Shown here: one piece after another, positions 59,766-64,000 of the stretch
Layout: every line of letters starts with the position of its first letter
How positions within the stretch are numbered: position 1 is the first letter of the stretch
NCBI GenBank assembly: GCA_012295275.1
Contig: CM022678.1
Span: 14,942,001-15,006,000 of the forward strand
Source: Chrysomallon squamiferum
Taxonomy: Eukaryota > Animalia > Mollusca
Length of the DNA stretch: 64,000 nucleotides
Direction of reading: 5' to 3'
The notes under the pieces: model-generated
What the model saw: only the letters and a program-made list of their open reading frames with translations
Told to the model about the DNA's origin: nothing
Database searches by the model: none
Position numbers and translations under genes: made by a program

Positions 59766-62700
59766 TATAGATATACATCTGTATCTGTTCTGTGTACACA
59801 CACACCACACACACACACACCCTCAGTGCACCTGTTCTGATGAATTATAATCATACAAATATTTAAAAGTTTAATATTTAAGAAGACAGTTGAATATAGT
59901 TTTATTGTTTAATTTGGATATTAATACATCAAATATTTTATTGAGATCACTTGCCTAAGAACAAATGTAAAAGCAATAATTAAAACATTTTCTTAGTTAT
60001 TTTTGCAGCATATCTGAATAATTAACAATATTTTTCAAATCTATGCAATACTGGAGAAAGGTTTTCATTCTTAATTGTCAATAATTATAATTTTCATATC
60101 TCAAAAATGTATAAAAACCAAATGATAAAATGCAATAAATTACATGTAATTGATATCTTTTTTTAAATTAAAAAGTTTATTTTAATGATTGATAATTTAC
60201 TTAGAGGGTGATAAAAACTCTGACACTTTAAGTGAACTGACAAGAAGAAACATTCTGTTTGAATCACACAACAAACCTGATTTGGACTGGTGTTTGCGGC
60301 TATAGATTTTTCACCTGAAGGACTTGTCTGAGAAGGTTTTTTCTTTGGAGTGAAATTTATTTCATGTTTCACAGGTGATTTCGTCTGTGACTTTTTCTGT
60401 GAAGATGACTGAAATATAAACATAGCAGTTAACAGTAAAAAACAATAAAAATCATGTATGAAATGTTTATTCAACTGAGCCATTAGAAATAAAACAATTA
60501 TTAATTCAGACTGGAATAGAAATTTATAGCACTTGGATTATAATAAAAATTATTTAAACTAAGATTTTAAGAAGAACATTTTTTTTTTGTAAATACAACC
60601 TAAAGTGGGTAAAAATCTAAGAGAATTAGAAAACTCTTCTTTAAATAACTAGCTTTAAGTTTTTCTTTTTGTTTATAACAGAAATATGTAATTATAATGC
60701 AATTCAAACAAATGCACATAATAATTAGAAGGTAATTCTGCATTTTATAATTTTAAAACAAAAATGTATAAACATTTGATATTTGATGCACATCAGTGAA
60801 ATATAAAAACATAAATAAATATTCTGAAAGATGAACAAAATGACACTAAATAAAAATGCTTTTTAAAATATTTAAAAGAAGATTATAGACAGAAACAGAG
60901 AAACCTCAAATTAACTTATTTCAGTTAGAAGTCATCTTCATCATTGTACACTTAACCAGACAAATTAAGATTTGATGCAGTTTGTGAAAACAAAATACCT
61001 TTTTTAAATCTGATTTCTTTTCCTTTTCTGGAGTTTCTTCCACAAAGCTTGCCACTTTGACTGCCAGTTTGGATGACAAACTTTCTTTGACTGATTCAAA
61101 AACAAATAAATAAATAAATAAAAATATTGAACTATGTACACAGTTTACAATACTTAACAAACTTTCAGTTATTAAAATTTGTATATATATTATATTATCT
61201 ACACATACAAACCAATATGGATATAAAAATTTGAAATTATTTTCCATATTAGTGAGTAGTATTTTTTAGACTGTTATATCTGCCTAATCAAGATTTGCTT
61301 GTTAATGTATTTTATTGAATTGTTGGAGTGAAAAATATAAAATTTTACCTTCACTTTTATCAGAATTATCTTCTTTCTTAAACTGAAAAAAACAACAAGA
61401 AAATAAAATGAAACAAGATTAACAACAGTAATTATGCAGAATGATTGCAAATGTATCTTATTCATTTTTTTTAAACAGAAACAATTTACAAGATAGTTCA
61501 ATTTATTCAACTTATTTATAAAAAATATTCAAAGTGTTGTCCATTAACTTTGAGGCTTTTTTCAATTCGTATCTATATATCAGTTTATTTGTAAACACAA
61601 AGTGTTCAGTATTTTTAACAGTTTCAGCTATAGCTTCACAAACTATAATAAACTAATATTTTATAATTAATTTTTTCACTTTTTTTCTAGTTTGACCATC
61701 AATCTGAGAAAGTGTTTTAGCAAATTCTTCATCTTCATGTATTTGTATTTCTTCAGATGGCTGTAAAAGTAAATGTATATTTACTGTAAGAAAATAAACC
61801 ACGTAACATGCTTTCAGTACAATTCATTCTTTTTTCTTCTGAACGTCATTTTTGTTAGTAAGTTTATCATTTTATTTTTGTCTGACAGTTCTACATTATA
61901 CCTTATTTCATAACTAAGCACAAGTTTGCAAGAAAATAAAGCAATATGTATGTAATTACTTAATTTGTATGCATTCCTGCATTTTGACCATGGTTATTAA
62001 CATCACAATATTATGACAAATCCTTAGGTATCACATTAAATCAGTTAATAAATAATAGCGTTATATGTATAGAGAGTGAAAATATTTAAAATAATTAAAT
62101 ATTTGGTTAAACTTTATACTGCATGAAATACTTCAGCAGTTATTCTCTAAAACTGATTTATACATTTTTAAAATTCTGTATAAGTATTTGTCTTTTTAAA
62201 ATGTTTGTCTGCAGAAACTTGTCTGATGAAAATATAAATTTATTTTTATTTTAACTGTAAGCGAGCCAATTTGTACTGAAAAAAGATCCAAAGAATATTG
62301 CAATATATATGATGCAAAAATAAGTGAAATACAGATATAAAAACATAGTAAATCATCACATTATAAAATCTCAGTATCTTACCTGTTTTCTTTTTCCTAG
62401 AACAACTACTTTGTCTATTCTCTTCACTGACCCATTACCAAAAAAATCAGCTGCACTGACAGATTTTTTCTTTTCTGGACTTTTCTCTTTTGGTTTTGTT
62501 TTAGTTGGAGGACTTTTCACAAATGATTCCAGTGAAGAAGTCTGCCGTACTTTGGTTTCTTCTTCATCTAAAAAAACAAGAAGAAAACCCCACAATTTAT
62601 ATCTATATCTAATTATATATACTACTAACAATAAGAGAGAACTCAAATATATATTTTTTATTTGCTAATTAAGACATGAAAGTCTTATTACAGAGCACTG

Positions 62701-63099
62701 ACAATACCAGATATTGTCTTTATAACAACTGTCTAGATCAGTGTATGTAATGTTTGTGCAGATCACAAACAGAGAGAAACAGAAATAAATAATATTAAAA
62801 ATATTTATGTCAAATGCAGAGGCAGATTCATGAAAACAATTCAAGATGAAACTAGGTGTAAATCTGACTACACAGAATAATTTTAAAAAACAAGTTCTAA
62901 ACAGAATAATTTCCAGAAAAGGCAGCATCTATATCAAACATACCAATGACAGCATTTCTGAAAACTATTCTTTATATATATTCCTTCAAATTTTAAATTA
63001 AGTTATTAGACAATGATTACAAACCTGAATCAGACACAAGTACTGTTATCTCCTTCTGTTTCTTTCTTGATTTTGTATGCACAACTTCATCTTCAGAAT
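50956..63099 (-). CDS. RFC1: Replication factor C subunit 1, about 20 exons in the window. The 5' end probably lies beyond the window
   Basis: BRCT exon (GAENCLEDLTFVVTGVLESMERDD, ~59152-59331), LWVDKYKP, Walker A GPPGIGKTT (57669-57778), EMNASDTRSK, Walker B MDEVDGMAGNEDRGG, IICICND, FFHDYNIAPLFVQENY, TKSAFTRLYN and a Lys-rich last exon 50956-51054. Confidence 0.97.
56140..56400. repeat. Short intronic minisatellite (~39-40-bp unit, caagatttctgacaatcaaaac...)
   Basis: Three clear copies and several degenerate ones in an RFC1 intron. Confidence 0.8.
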
Positions 63100-64000
63100 C
63101 TTTAGTAAGAAAAAAAAACTGTTTAGAATTTATCACAAGTTATTATCAATACTAATTTTACATTTCAGAGAGGATGAAAAACTATGCAGTAATTTAATTG
63201 TAATTTATATGTGAGATATCAGGAACAGACATATTTTAAATTATAACATAATTAACTAGGAAAGTTTAGTAATTTAAAAATCACATTTTTCTTGGCATTT
63301 GTAAATATTTTACATTATGACTTTTGTTAAAAGAAAAATTCCCAGCATTATAAGGTGGCTGCAAAGGATTGACTATATTTGCATAATAACTCAATACTTC
63401 ATAGAAGGAGTTCTGTTAATTAGGTGTAGGTACTGGCAGGCAAATTTTTTCTGACTTTAATTTCAGATAATATGCATAAATCACATAATGAAAGCTGTAG
63501 CAAAAAGAATGAAAACACACAAAAAATTATTACTCTATCTCCAGCGGTCAAGAAGATATATGCAAATCAGTACGACAGGTATTTGGTTGTTTTTCAGCCC
63601 TATTTTGGCTAATTAGCAGAAAGGGCTACTTTGGCTAACTGTAGTTTGAAAATTAATTGACACAAAAGGCTGAAAATCAACAAGAGTGATGGGACCAACT
63701 ATCTAAATGAGCTCAATTTTTTCAGCCTGTATGTTTGTATGTGTGTCCACATTAACATGCTAAGCATGCCAAAATCTTCAAAATGACACATGGCAGAATG
63801 AATAAAAGTTCAAATAGACACTGTGGTTTCAGTTTTTTCTAATTTGACAAATTCAACCCGTGTTGTGAACAATTTATCAAGATCTTTCAAATGACATACT
63901 TAAAGCTAACATTAATAATAAAAATAAAAAAAATTCTTTTTTTCTGCCCATAAAAAAAATTACCTTTTCAATTTATATAGAACAGCACAACTTTATTTAC

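Noticed and set aside
63300-63950. Possible transposon fragment in an RFC1 intron
   Set aside because: Composition is suggestive, but no convincing TIR pair or TSD was found.

Overview
Eukaryotic (metazoan) genomic DNA, very AT-rich and dense in microsatellites. A mollusc, possibly a cephalopod, is my inference from composition only. The first ~28 kb is repeat-dominated: a 2.6-kb degenerate (CA)n tract, a 4.3-kb tandem array of related 60/69/55-bp units, and two Sola2-like DNA transposon derivatives. From 32 to 64 kb all recognisable genes are on the minus strand and intron-containing. They are (1) a cluster of secreted, cysteine-containing PEBP-family genes (three intact 4-exon genes and one 5'-truncated pseudogene) produced by a ~7-kb tandem duplication, (2) a 5-coding-exon cytosolic sulfotransferase whose first coding intron needs a GC donor, and (3) the 3' ~12 kb of RFC1. 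The most interesting item is the PEBP cluster: signal peptides, a conserved 4-Cys pattern, an altered ligand-pocket region, nearly all-nonsynonymous divergence between the young paralogs, and shared bZIP-type promoter motifs. Exon boundaries were derived by hand, and no database searches were run.
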